Below are positions 41,344 through 52,300 of a stretch of 64,000 nt of DNA, piece after piece; within the stretch, counting starts at the first letter, position 1; each line of letters starts with the position of its first letter. Source of the DNA: Ignavibacteriota bacterium (GTDB lineage: Bacteria > Bacteroidota > Ignavibacteria > Palsa-1295); the NCBI GenBank assembly GCA_963787835.1, contig CAWBEI010000002.1, positions 288,001 through 352,000 of the forward strand, given 5' to 3'. Below the pieces are notes generated by a model. It saw only the letters and a program-made list of their open reading frames with translations. It was not told the origin of the DNA and did not search any database. The position numbers were made by a program, and so were the translations under genes.

Positions 41344-41468
41344 TCCCAGAACCAACCGGCACGATTTCTTTGAAAACGTTGTACGTATTAATAGAGAAGT
41401 TTGACCTCATTTCTCGCGAAGAACCGGTCGAGCTTCTAAAAATCCTGAACCGCGCGTTCAAATAGTCG

Positions 41469-41476
41469 TATATTTG
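41469..41476 (+). promoter_or_regulatory. Bacteroidota-type -7 element TAnnTTTG
   Basis: TATATTTG 10 nt upstream of ATG 41486. Confidence 0.5.
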
Positions 41477-41485
41477 TATCGTTAC

Positions 41486-41929
41486 ATGAAGAAAATCATC
41501 ATTTCCGGCGTTCTTTTAGCGTTTTTCGCGCTTGCCGGGTTTGATTTTGCCGGAGGGGTGGATTCGCTGACCGCCCAACCCGATGGCGATGGCATCACGC
41601 TTAACTGGCAATCGGAGATCGAGACCGGGATCGTTCGATACACCGTGCAGCGCGAGAATATCAACAGTACCGCGAACAATTTCCAGAGTGTTGGAACCGT
41701 CACCCCGACCGGGAATTACTCTTTTTATAAGTTCCAGGATAATCACTTGAGTTCAGCTCCGCTCGCCGGTCAAGGCGGCAACATGCAGCCCCTTTCGGAC
41801 GCCTATAAATACCGTTTGGAGATCGACCTTGCCAACGGTGACCTCAGTTATTCCCAAACCGTAAGCGTGACGAAGCCCTCCAGCGGAGTACGCCGAACCT
41901 GGGGAATGATAAAAGAGATGTTCCATTAA
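41486..41929 (+). CDS. Small exported FN3-like protein with C-terminal TWGxIK motif
   Basis: Signal peptide; ITLNW..YKFQD..YKYRL; ends RRTWGMIKEMFH. Confidence 0.7.
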   Translation: MKKIIISGVLLAFFALAGFDFAGGVDSLTAQPDGDGITLNWQSEIETGIVRYTVQRENINSTANNFQSVGTVTPTGNYSFYKFQDNHLSSAPLAGQGGNMQPLSDAYKYRLEIDLANGDLSYSQTVSVTKPSSGVRRTWGMIKEMFH

Positions 41930-42050
41930 TTCGGCCTTAGAAAGGTCAACCCCTGACCGCCTCCCAGCGTTGAATCTCTTTACCTCCCGGAACGGGTAGA
42001 TTGGTCGTGAAGTTATATTAGTGGAGCATTATTCCACTTCTCGCGCTGCC

Positions 42051-42638
42051 ATGAAATCCATTTTTACGATCGTACTTTTTCTCTCCGTTGCTCAGGCGGG
42101 AAGCCTTCGTGCGAGTGGCCCGAGGATCGAGCACAAGCTCGGCGGGGATTCTACCATCTTTTCCATGACGCTCGCGCCGAACGAGCATCCCAAAGTGGGT
42201 GGGTCATTTCATGTTATTATACATGTCACGCCGGGGCACGACTGGCATGTCTATAGCTCCAAAATGTCAACGGATGGCGGGCTGGTGCCACTGACGCTCG
42301 TGGTGCCACCGGAACTTAGTGAGTTTTTCGAGGTTCAAAATATAGAAGAGTCCGGCGACATTAAAACCGCCTACGACTCCAACTTCGATGCAGTGACCAT
42401 GGCACATTTTACACCATACGACCTGACGGCCACGATCAAAGTGAAAGAGAAACCGAATCCGGATTCGGCCTTCTACCTGTTGCTGCATTTCCAGACCTGC
42501 AACGAGAACATGTGCATGCCGCCGCGTACCTTCGAAGTACCAATGACCTTCCTCGGCCAGGCACCGATTAAACTGCGTATTGCTGGGGTCATGAAACGGC
42601 CTCCATTCGAATTGGCCAGCATTTACAAACCCGAATGA
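42051..42638 (+). CDS. Stand-alone DsbD N-terminal (nDsbD) domain protein
   Basis: WHVYS, QTCNENMCMPP. Confidence 0.8.
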   Translation: MKSIFTIVLFLSVAQAGSLRASGPRIEHKLGGDSTIFSMTLAPNEHPKVGGSFHVIIHVTPGHDWHVYSSKMSTDGGLVPLTLVVPPELSEFFEVQNIEESGDIKTAYDSNFDAVTMAHFTPYDLTATIKVKEKPNPDSAFYLLLHFQTCNENMCMPPRTFEVPMTFLGQAPIKLRIAGVMKRPPFELASIYKPE

Positions 42639-43231
42639 AACTTCGGATAAGACATATCGCCCTTTGCGCGACGCTCCTAATTATGGGAGTGGGGGTAGGG
42701 TATGCCAAAGAGCCAAGAATCTCCACGCAACTCTATGCGGATTCTACTTACTTTACCATGAAAGTAATGAAAGGATCAAAAATTGCAGCCGGCAAAAGTT
42801 TCAAAGTGAAAATTCATGTCGCGGTTCATCCATCGTGGCATGTGTGGAGTTCGACCATGTCAGATGACGGTGGTCTCCTGCCTCTTACCGTTAAGGTTCC
42901 AGACTCGCTGGCGAAATATTTCGAAATTAGTCGCCTGAAAGAGATAAGCACACCGAAAATGGGTTACGATTCGAACTTTATGGTGCTTCTAAAAGCGAAC
43001 CATGAACCATTCGATTTGATCGCCACGATTGCTGTGAAACGGAATCCTCCGGCTCACATTCCACTTCGGCTGCTTGTGAAATACCAGGCCGTTAGTTCGA
43101 CTTATTGCATGCCACCATGTACTTATGAAGTTCCAATGACATTTCTCGGTCAACCGCCAATCAAACTTCGTGCTACGAATGTTGTAAAGTCGGAACCCTT
43201 CGAATTGGCAAGCCTTTATCAACCCGAATGA
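42635..43231 (+). CDS. Second stand-alone nDsbD paralog
   Basis: WHVWS, QAVSSTYCMPPC. Confidence 0.75.
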   Translation: MKLRIRHIALCATLLIMGVGVGYAKEPRISTQLYADSTYFTMKVMKGSKIAAGKSFKVKIHVAVHPSWHVWSSTMSDDGGLLPLTVKVPDSLAKYFEISRLKEISTPKMGYDSNFMVLLKANHEPFDLIATIAVKRNPPAHIPLRLLVKYQAVSSTYCMPPCTYEVPMTFLGQPPIKLRATNVVKSEPFELASLYQPE

Positions 43232-45321
43232 CGCACCATGTAAGACATATCCTGCTTTGCCTGACGCTCCTAATTGCGGGAGTGGGGGTTGGCCATGCGA
43301 AAGATCCAAGGCTGGCAACAAAACTATATTCGGATTCCGCCATCTTCAAGGTGCAATTGGTGAAAGGTGAGGTTCCAACTACCGGCAAATCTTTTAAGGT
43401 TAAGATCCATGTTGATGTTCACAACCCTTGGCACATTTGGAGTTCCATAATGTCCGATGAAGGGGGACTTATCCCACTGAGAGTAAAGATCCCTGATTCG
43501 ATCTCAAATTTTTTCGAGTTGGAAAGCCTAAAAGAGATCAGTAAGCCCGTCGTATCTTATGATTCGAATTTCATGCAGGTTACGAAGGCGATCCACCAAC
43601 CGTTCGACCTGATCGCTTCCATCAAGGTAAAACGTAATTCCTCTACTCCGATAGCCTTCTGGTTACATGTGGTCTATCAGACTTGCAATGAGAGCAACTG
43701 CCTCCCGCCAGCAATGTTTGATGCTCCAATGGATGTCATTGGCGACCGCCCGCTGCAATTACAAATCGCCTATGGTATTCCTGATACAACTCCGGCCCAT
43801 GGCGATTCAATGGGCCAACTGGGTTTGCATAAAGACTCAACAGCTGGAATAGGTCTTACAGCCAACGGCGCACAAAGCCAGCCTCCCTCGGGAGGCCAAG
43901 CTACGGCTCCCGCGGCAAATGGGGATGTCGCCAAAATTGCTGAGAGTTCGATCTGGCAGTTCATGCTTGCTGCTGCAGGATTCGGCCTGCTGGCATTGCT
44001 CACGCCGTGCGTATTTCCGATGGTGCCGATCACGGTCAGCTTTTTTACAAAGCGTAATGCCGGCTCGAAGAAGGAAGCCGCGAAAGATGCATTCCTTTAT
44101 GCCGGCGGTATCGTCGTGACGTTCGTGCTTCTTGGTTTCATGCTCTCGCTTATTGCGGGACCGGCTGGCATCAATCAGTTTGCAGCGAATCCCTGGGCAA
44201 ATCTTGTGATCGCTGCGATCTTTATCGCCTTCGCGCTGAACCTCTTTGGGCTGTTCGAGATCGGCGTTCCCTCTTCGGTGCTATCGAAGTTAAATATGAC
44301 CGCCCAAAAATCGAAGAACCGTACCTTCTCGGTGGTTCTGATGGGTTTTGTGTTTTCACTGACAAGTTTTACGTGCACCGTCCCCTTCGTGGGAACGCTG
44401 ATGGTCGCGTTCTCTCGCGGTTCCTGGTTCGTGCCGCTCCTTGGGATGGTAGTGTTTGCCAGCATCTTTGCAGCTCCGTTCTTCCTGTTGGCGCTCTTTC
44501 CGAATGCGATGAAATCGCTGCCGCGCTCGGGCACGTGGATGAATAATGTGAAAGTCGTGATGGGCTTTCTCGAAATTGCTGCAGCGCTGAAATTCTTTTC
44601 GAATGTCGATCTGATCTGGTCGTGGCATTTCTTCTCACGCGATCTGGTTCTTGCAATGTGGGTTGCCATAGCGATCATCACAACGGTCTATCTATTGGGA
44701 CGTTTTCAGCTATCGCACGATACACCGGTCGAGCAGATCGGAGCGATCCGCGTGCTCATTGCTGTGCTATTCCTTTCCGTTGGGATCTATTTATACACGG
44801 GGTTCAATGGACATCCGTTGGGACAGATCGATGCGTTCCTGCCGCCAACAGACTCCGGAGAAGCGACACAATCGGCTTCGGTAACACCTACCGCCTCACC
44901 TGGTGGCGGCACACAAGCCTCGCAAGTTTCCCTGCAATGGATACCATCCTATTCCGCCGCGTTAGCCGAGGCCAAGCGTACCGGGAAAAACATTTTCATC
45001 GATTTTACCGGTTACACCTGCACGAATTGCCGTGCCATGGAAGCCACCGTCTTTAGCCGCCAGGATGTTAAGCAGATGTTCCAGAAATTTGTGCTTGCGC
45101 GGCTTTATACCGATAACGGCACGCCGCTGAACGATACGAACCGCGACCTCGAAGAGAGCCGGTTCAATACGATAGCGCTTCCCTTCTATGTCATCATCTC
45201 TCCGGATGATAAGCTACTCGCAACCTTCCCGGGCTTCGACAGCAATGCCGAGCATTTCAAGAATTTCCTGGAACTCCAAAAACAATCCGGCAGCACTTCG
45301 GTTGCGATGTTGGGACGTTGA
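43228..45321 (+). CDS. dsbD: Thiol:disulfide interchange protein DsbD
   Basis: QTCNESNCLPP, LTPCVFPMVP, FTCTVP, DFTGYTCTNCRAME. Confidence 0.92.
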   Translation: MTHHVRHILLCLTLLIAGVGVGHAKDPRLATKLYSDSAIFKVQLVKGEVPTTGKSFKVKIHVDVHNPWHIWSSIMSDEGGLIPLRVKIPDSISNFFELESLKEISKPVVSYDSNFMQVTKAIHQPFDLIASIKVKRNSSTPIAFWLHVVYQTCNESNCLPPAMFDAPMDVIGDRPLQLQIAYGIPDTTPAHGDSMGQLGLHKDSTAGIGLTANGAQSQPPSGGQATAPAANGDVAKIAESSIWQFMLAAAGFGLLALLTPCVFPMVPITVSFFTKRNAGSKKEAAKDAFLYAGGIVVTFVLLGFMLSLIAGPAGINQFAANPWANLVIAAIFIAFALNLFGLFEIGVPSSVLSKLNMTAQKSKNRTFSVVLMGFVFSLTSFTCTVPFVGTLMVAFSRGSWFVPLLGMVVFASIFAAPFFLLALFPNAMKSLPRSGTWMNNVKVVMGFLEIAAALKFFSNVDLIWSWHFFSRDLVLAMWVAIAIITTVYLLGRFQLSHDTPVEQIGAIRVLIAVLFLSVGIYLYTGFNGHPLGQIDAFLPPTDSGEATQSASVTPTASPGGGTQASQVSLQWIPSYSAALAEAKRTGKNIFIDFTGYTCTNCRAMEATVFSRQDVKQMFQKFVLARLYTDNGTPLNDTNRDLEESRFNTIALPFYVIISPDDKLLATFPGFDSNAEHFKNFLELQKQSGSTSVAMLGR

Positions 45322-45444
45322 TTCCATCCCTGACTCCATCATACATTCTGTCCGATCCCAGGGGTGGAGTGAAACGGAACCCTGGGACTCCGTGGTTGCG
45401 GAACACGGGTATCATTCAACGTTCGAATCCATTTCTAAATAGTA

Positions 45445-47331
45445 GTGCCAGCCATTCCTAACGATCCAGTGAAGACCATCGAAAACCGCTTCACCGCGCG
45501 GCTTCGAACGGCTCAGGCTCGTCCGATCTTAACGGATGGCTCTATGGCGGCAACGCTCCATGCTGCCGGTTTGACCGATGCGCTTATCGAGCATTATAAT
45601 CTTACGCAGCCGATCGCAGTCGAGCATGCGCACCGCCGCTTTGCCGAGGCGGGCGCGGAACTGCTGATGACGAATACCGAGCATGCGAACCCGATCACGC
45701 TCGCCAAGTATCTCATCGCCGATAAGACGTTCGAGATCAACCGCAAAGGAGTATGGCTCACGCGGGCAGTCGCGAACGATCATGGCGGTCTGGTAGCGGC
45801 GGCGCTTGGACCAATCGGGAAATTTCTAGCACCGATTGGGCCGCTGAATCATGCGGACGTTCGCCGCGCCTATCGCGAACAGCTTTTTGCGCTTACGGAC
45901 GGTGGCCCGGATGTGATCATCCTGAAAAGCTTTATCGACCTAACGGAATTAGAGATCGCCATCGAAGAAGCCCAGCTCGTCGCGCCGCATCTGCCGATCA
46001 TTGCGCAAAAAACATTCCCGGAAGATGGCGCACTTCTTGCAACGGATTTCGCACGTAATGTGGCGGAGCGCCTTCGATCTCATGGGGTCGCGGTAATAGG
46101 ATCGAATGGAACGGTTGGTCCGAACAGGATGCTCTCGATCATCCAGGCATTCGCAGTTCCAGACATCCCGATCAGTGCACAACCAGATATTGGCATTCCT
46201 ACCCTTATCGATGGGCACGCCATCTACCATGCGACACCAGACTATCTCGGATTGGGTGCAAAACGGCTGGTGGAAGCTGGTGTTTCTATTATCGGTGCTT
46301 CCGGCGGGGCTTTGCCAGAACATATTCGGGCTATTCGCGATAGCATTGCAGACCTGGAAGCCGGAGAAATAAAATTCCAAAAGATCGCCGTGAGATCTGA
46401 ACAGCGAAACGGGCAGACAAATGAGGCGCTGTTCTCGCAATTCAAACGGAATCTCGGCAAAAAATTTCTTTCAACGGTCGAACTGGATGTTCCTCGCGGG
46501 CTTGATATGTCGAGCGTACTGGAGGGTGCATCGTATCTTGCCAAAGCTGGGATCGATGCGGTGAACATCACGGATGGGGCGCGTGCGCGGCTTCGAATGA
46601 GTTCCATCACGCTTGGGCATCTTGTGCAATCGAAATGCGGGATAGAAGCCATGACGCATCTGGCATGCCGGGATCGAAATATGGTTGGATTGCAATCCGA
46701 ATTGCTTGGTGCAGATGCGCTTGGTGTCCGGAATATTTTGTGTGTCACCGGCGATCCTGCGCAGATCGGCGATTACCCTTATGCGACAAGCGTGTATGAT
46801 ATTGATTCGATCGGACTTATTCGCGCCGTGAAATCGATGAATGAGGGCTGTGATCTGGTCGGCAATCCAATTTCAGGCGGAGAAATTAATTGCACGCATT
46901 TTCTGATCGCCTGCGGCTGCAATCCGATCGCGGATGACATGGATCGTGAAGCATCTCGTATCCAACGCAAGATCGATGAAGGATGCGAAGTGGTATTCAC
47001 GCAGCCACTCTTCGAGATGAGTGCGCTTGAGAGATTCCTACAGATCATCAAGCCGTTTCAGGGAAACGCAAGGATCATGCTGGGCATTCTGCCGCTTCGA
47101 AGCAAGCGCCATGCGGAATTCCTGCACTATGAAGTACCGGGCATGTCCATCCCAAATTGGATCCAGGAACGAATTGCCAAACGCGCAACGGTCGAAGAAC
47201 AAAGTGCCGAGGGCATTGCGATTTGCGTGGACTTTTTGAAAGAAGCGAAATCGCTCGTCGATGGTGTGTATCTCATGCCGCCATTTAAGAAATATGAGAT
47301 GGCAGTCGATATATTGGAGAAGATAGGATAA
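45445..47331 (+). CDS. YitJ-like homocysteine S-methyltransferase/MTHFR fusion with degenerate HMT domain
   Basis: MTHFR motifs DAVNITDG, HLACRDRN, TGDP, TQP are intact; the HMT Zn-binding cysteines are absent. Confidence 0.85.
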   Translation: MPAIPNDPVKTIENRFTARLRTAQARPILTDGSMAATLHAAGLTDALIEHYNLTQPIAVEHAHRRFAEAGAELLMTNTEHANPITLAKYLIADKTFEINRKGVWLTRAVANDHGGLVAAALGPIGKFLAPIGPLNHADVRRAYREQLFALTDGGPDVIILKSFIDLTELEIAIEEAQLVAPHLPIIAQKTFPEDGALLATDFARNVAERLRSHGVAVIGSNGTVGPNRMLSIIQAFAVPDIPISAQPDIGIPTLIDGHAIYHATPDYLGLGAKRLVEAGVSIIGASGGALPEHIRAIRDSIADLEAGEIKFQKIAVRSEQRNGQTNEALFSQFKRNLGKKFLSTVELDVPRGLDMSSVLEGASYLAKAGIDAVNITDGARARLRMSSITLGHLVQSKCGIEAMTHLACRDRNMVGLQSELLGADALGVRNILCVTGDPAQIGDYPYATSVYDIDSIGLIRAVKSMNEGCDLVGNPISGGEINCTHFLIACGCNPIADDMDREASRIQRKIDEGCEVVFTQPLFEMSALERFLQIIKPFQGNARIMLGILPLRSKRHAEFLHYEVPGMSIPNWIQERIAKRATVEEQSAEGIAICVDFLKEAKSLVDGVYLMPPFKKYEMAVDILEKIG

Positions 47332-48282
47332 ATGGTGCAAAGATCTTTTCCACGTGTGGGTATCGTGCTTGTAAACTGGAATAGTTACGAGGATACATCC
47401 GTGTGCCTGCGCTCGTTGGAAGCGATAACGTACCCTCGTGTGGAAATTATTGTGGTGGATAACGGCTCGAAGGATCATTCGTTAGCCAAACTTCACGCGG
47501 AATTTCCCAATGTCACCCACATTCATTCTGAAGAGAATACCGGATTCACCGGTGGTAACAATCTTGGGATCGATCATGCGATCGAAGCGGGATGCGATCA
47601 TGTGCTGCTTCTAAATAACGACACCATTGTTCTGCCAGGTTTTCTGGAACCATTAGTGGCGCGGTTAGAATCAGATCCCAAGATCGCCGCAGCCAGTGGA
47701 AAGATCTATTATGCTCCTCAAACGCGCGGCGGGGAAGACCAAGTTATCTGGTACGCCGGTTGCTATCGCAAGTGGCACATGGGTTATCATCATTATGGCG
47801 TTGAAGAGAAAGACACCGGGCAATTCGAGACACCGAAAGAGATTCCCTACGCATCCGGCTGCCTCATGCTGCTTCGCGGGAGCGTGATACAGGAAATTGG
47901 CGTTCTCTCACCCGAATACTTTATTTATTGGGAAGAAGCCGATTGGTGCCACCGCGCTCGCGATGCCGGATATATCTGTATGTATGAACCCAAGAGCGTG
48001 ATCTACCATAATTTTACAAGCGCGGCACTTGGGTATGAAACGGCATTCCACATGTACATGCAATATAGGAACTGTTTCATCTATGCGAAGAAACATTACC
48101 ATGGGTTCGAATCCGTTCGCTTTTGGACGCTCTACCCATTATATATGGTCTATCGCTGGATCTTCGATCTTCGAGCAAAAAACCCCAAAGCGGCTCGGGC
48201 GATCTGGTGGGGCATGCGGGATTATTTCAAAGGTTACCGGGGAAAACAAGGATTAGTAGAACGCGGATTTATGAAAGCTTAA
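47332..48282 (+). CDS. GT2 glycosyltransferase
   Basis: VNWN, VDNGS, GFTGGNN, LLNND, FIYWEEADWC. Confidence 0.92.
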   Translation: MVQRSFPRVGIVLVNWNSYEDTSVCLRSLEAITYPRVEIIVVDNGSKDHSLAKLHAEFPNVTHIHSEENTGFTGGNNLGIDHAIEAGCDHVLLLNNDTIVLPGFLEPLVARLESDPKIAAASGKIYYAPQTRGGEDQVIWYAGCYRKWHMGYHHYGVEEKDTGQFETPKEIPYASGCLMLLRGSVIQEIGVLSPEYFIYWEEADWCHRARDAGYICMYEPKSVIYHNFTSAALGYETAFHMYMQYRNCFIYAKKHYHGFESVRFWTLYPLYMVYRWIFDLRAKNPKAARAIWWGMRDYFKGYRGKQGLVERGFMKA

Positions 48283-48289
48283 TTTACAC

Positions 48290-49285
48290 ATGCCACGATC
48301 ACTCGTTACCGGCGCCGCCGGATTTATAGGTTCCCATGTTGTCGATGCGTTGATCGAACGCGGTCACGAGGTCGTGGCGCTTGACGATCTTTCCGGCGGA
48401 TTTGCCGATAACGTGAATCCAAGAGCCAAATTCGTTCAAGCAAGCTGCGTGGACCACGAGTATCTTGCCCGACTGTTCAACGAACATGCTTTCGATTACG
48501 TCTTCCATTTGGCGGCCTACGCTGCAGAGGGGCTTTCACATTTTATCAAGCGGTTCAATTACACCAATAATGTGATCGGCTCGGTGAACCTCATCAATGA
48601 AGCAGTGAACCATAATGTGAAGCGGTTCATCTTCACAAGTTCGATCGCCGTCTACGGAAAAAACCAATTGCCGATGCGCGAAGACCTCACGCCCGCGCCT
48701 GAAGATTCCTATGGTATTGCCAAATATGCTGTGGAACTCGATCTGAAAGCTTCCCACGAAATGTTCGGATTAGATTATGTGATCTTCCGCCCTCATAATG
48801 TGTATGGCGAGCGCCAGAACACCGGCGATAAATATCGAAACGTGATTGGAATTTTTATGAATCAAACCCTCGCGGGTGAGCCGTTCACCATTTTTGGCGA
48901 TGGCGAGCAAAAGCGCGCGTTCTCGTACATCGGTGATGTCGCTCCTATCATCGCCGAAAGCGCAATGCACGAAGGCGCGAAGAATGAAATATTTAATGTC
49001 GGCGCTGATGCTGTTTACACGGTCAATCAACTTGCTACTGAGGTGATGAACGCAATGGGAACGCCAACAGAAGTGCGACATCTCCCAGCTCGTAACGAGG
49101 TAGTCGATGCATGGAGCGATCACACGAAAGTACAGCGTGTGTTCGGAAAACAACAAGAAACACCACTTTCTGAAGGTCTTAAACAAATGGCGGATTGGGT
49201 TCGAGTAAACGGACCGAGACAATCAAAACCATTCGAAGGCATCGAGATCGAAAAGAACCTTCCTCCAAGCTGGAAGATAAAATGA
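48290..49285 (+). CDS. NAD-dependent epimerase/dehydratase (GalE-like)
   Basis: TGAAGFIG, YGIAK, RPHNVYG. Confidence 0.92.
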   Translation: MPRSLVTGAAGFIGSHVVDALIERGHEVVALDDLSGGFADNVNPRAKFVQASCVDHEYLARLFNEHAFDYVFHLAAYAAEGLSHFIKRFNYTNNVIGSVNLINEAVNHNVKRFIFTSSIAVYGKNQLPMREDLTPAPEDSYGIAKYAVELDLKASHEMFGLDYVIFRPHNVYGERQNTGDKYRNVIGIFMNQTLAGEPFTIFGDGEQKRAFSYIGDVAPIIAESAMHEGAKNEIFNVGADAVYTVNQLATEVMNAMGTPTEVRHLPARNEVVDAWSDHTKVQRVFGKQQETPLSEGLKQMADWVRVNGPRQSKPFEGIEIEKNLPPSWKIK

Positions 49286-49315
49286 GTTGATGTTGTAACT
49301 TCGAAGTATGATTCG

Positions 49316-52300
49316 GTGTCAATGAAACCATTGGCACCCTTTGTGTCATACTTCAATATGGTCAATACATTTCTTCTCGTTCTGCATAAAGTTTTTGTCA
49401 ACGGTTTTGTATCCTCCGGTTTTTCAAGGATTCGTAGAGGATCTCTTCTTTCACTTGCTCTTCTAGCCGGTATAGGCTGGTATGCCCTTCGTGAAACTAA
49501 CGCTCACGAAAACGGGATAACGGGGCAGACGCAAAAATCGACGAATGCCGGGTGTTCCTGTCATTGTTCGAGTTCCTCCTCCAGCACGACGGTCACGTTA
49601 ACTGCTTCGAGTGGCTACTCTCCGCTTACCACTGAGCCAAATACAACGTATGATTTTACCATTACGGTCGCGAACAGCGACGAAAGCGATGGCGGATGTG
49701 ATATATCAACATACTCCGGTAATGGGCTGACGGCAGGAACTGGTCTATATGCGTCCAACGGAGAACTGACACACAGTAGCCCAAAAAGTTTTTCTGGAAA
49801 CGGGTATTGCAGTTGGACTTTTACCTACACCACCGGTTCAACCGCAGGATGGGATACGATCTATGCTACCGGCAACGCGGTCAACGGGGATGGCAGTGAT
49901 GACAATGGCAATTGCGATGACAAGTGGAACTGGGCCCCGAAATTTATTATCCACATAATTGAACCGACAAAGCGAGCATCGCTAAGCCGAGAACTCGATC
50001 GCGCTTGGGCAACTTCGTGTCGGTCACCGTGTTGCAGATTCTCTCACGATCGCTTCTTATGGGGATACCACGATCACGATCAGCTCAAGCGCAATGAAGG
50101 GCGGCTCCCCCTTCTCGAGTTATCCGACAACAACGAACCGCACGATCGCAACAGGTTCCTTCGAGATCGATAGTGCAATTTTCGCTCCTACTTCTCGCGG
50201 TACATTTCACGACTCGCTTATTTTCAATACCAATTCCGATACAGTTCCACAGCAACGTATGGGACTGGCTGTGAGCGGCCAAGGCATTCAGGCTATTTTT
50301 AACTCGACGAATGGAACAAGTCTCGCATTTGGGAATTTACATGCCGGAGACACCGCGACACAAACATTCTCTTTCTCGAATACAGGCGACGATACACTCT
50401 TCCTGCAAACACCTTCTATCTCCGGTAGTGGATTTTCCATTGCTTCTGGGCTTTCAGCGTTTACCTATCCTCCGAACCAATCCGGAAGTGTTGTTGTGCA
50501 ATTTGCACCGACCGCGAAACAATCGTACAGCGGAACCCTGAGCTTCTCGGCCTCGGATGGTGTATCGGCACCGACCGTGTCGCTCAGCGGGAATGGCATC
50601 CTGCCACAAATTCAAGTATCGAGTTCTGATAACCTCGGTACCATTCGCGTGGGACAGACCTTGGATGGCTCAGTTACGTTTCAAAATGTTGGGAATGATA
50701 CGCTGCACATATCAAACGCTACGCTCAGCCAATCGTCCACATTCTTTAGCATTGGCTCGTACGATCAGTCCGTTATTCCAAATAGAAGCGACACGATGCA
50801 AATTTCTTATACACCGAACGCGGAAGAAACCGACGACGCAACGCTTCATTTCTCGACTGACGACCCCAACGATTCGGCAGTAACGATCTCAATCAGTGCT
50901 ACCGGCGCCCTCCCCCACATGGTAGTCGAAGAGAAGAACGATACTGTAAATATGGGGCAAATAAAAATAAACTCCAGTACGACCGCTACGATCGGCATCG
51001 CCAACAATGGAGGGGTTGACCTTACTGTTTCCAGTGTCAGCGTAAGCCCACGTCCCTTTGCGCTCGATGGAAGTATCCACATCGTGAGTGCCGGAACAAC
51101 TTCGAGTGTAACGGTGGGGTTTTCGCCAACAGTAGCTGGAACCTTTACCGGGGAGCTCATCGTGCAAGGAGACGATCCGAATAATGCGTCGGATACGGTT
51201 TATCTCTCTGGCACTGGCATTACCACTGCGCTCTCCATCGATCCCAGCAGCGTCGATTTCGGACGAGTTCCCATCTTCGCGGATAAGCTGGATACGATTA
51301 CCCTCAGTGATTCCGGGAAGGCAAATGTAACGATTTACAGTGCACAACTCTCTCCAGCAACAGGCGCGTTTAGCGTCGTCGGAGCGACGCCAACCCAGGT
51401 GCTTGCCGGAGGATCTGCCGTTATCGTTCTTAACTTCGATCCGGATTCGAATGTGATTTATTCTGGCATACTGACGCTAACGACCGATGACGCCAACACG
51501 CCGATCAGGACGATCGCTCTCAGCGGGCTTGGCGTAAAGGATCCGTTCACGGCGACTCCCTCTCAAGTCGATTTTGGGCAGGTATCGGTTTTGACGACCG
51601 TTCAGGACACGATCACCATGAATAATGCCGGGACCTCGAGTGTAACGATCTCGAATGCTCAGCTTTTGCCGGCTTCCGGCTCATTTACTATCGTTGGAAC
51701 TGTTCCAGATCAAATCCCTGCAGGAGGCTCTGCAATAATGATCGTCAGTTTCCATCCCGATACCGCCGGCCAGCTACTCCGGAACGATCTCGCTGACCAC
51801 AAACGACGCCAGCGTTCCGATCCGCAGCATTACGTTATCTGGAACCGGGATCAAGGGTGCCCTTTCTGTAAATCCATCCTCCATTAATTTTGGCACCGTG
51901 TTGATTGGCCATGATTCCAGTATCACTGCAACGCTCCACAATACCGGCCAGGCAAGTATTGATATTGATTCGATCATGCTCACTGGTTCGAATAATGCCG
52001 GATTCAGATATGGTGCATTTTCCATCCCTCTGACCATTTTGGCCGGGAATTCAACTACCATGAATATAAGCTTCTCGCCTACCATCGCGGGAAGTTATCC
52101 TGGCAACGTACAACTTATTTTGCAAGACGGCACCTCGATAAATATTTCGCTTCAGGGCGTTGCAACAGGTGCCGGAGTATCACAAAACGAATTCAAAGCA
52201 TCCCAGTTTTCGCTATCGTTATCGCCGAACCCGGCCGGGAACTCTGTCCTTGCACATGCTTCCCTCGCGAGACCATCAGAGACCCTTCTGGAGATCTTCG

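Noticed and set aside
45330-45440. SAM riboswitch upstream of the YitJ-like gene
   Set aside because: Hairpins are present but no SAM-I core (ATCxAGAG...GCAACC...GTGC) is recognisable.
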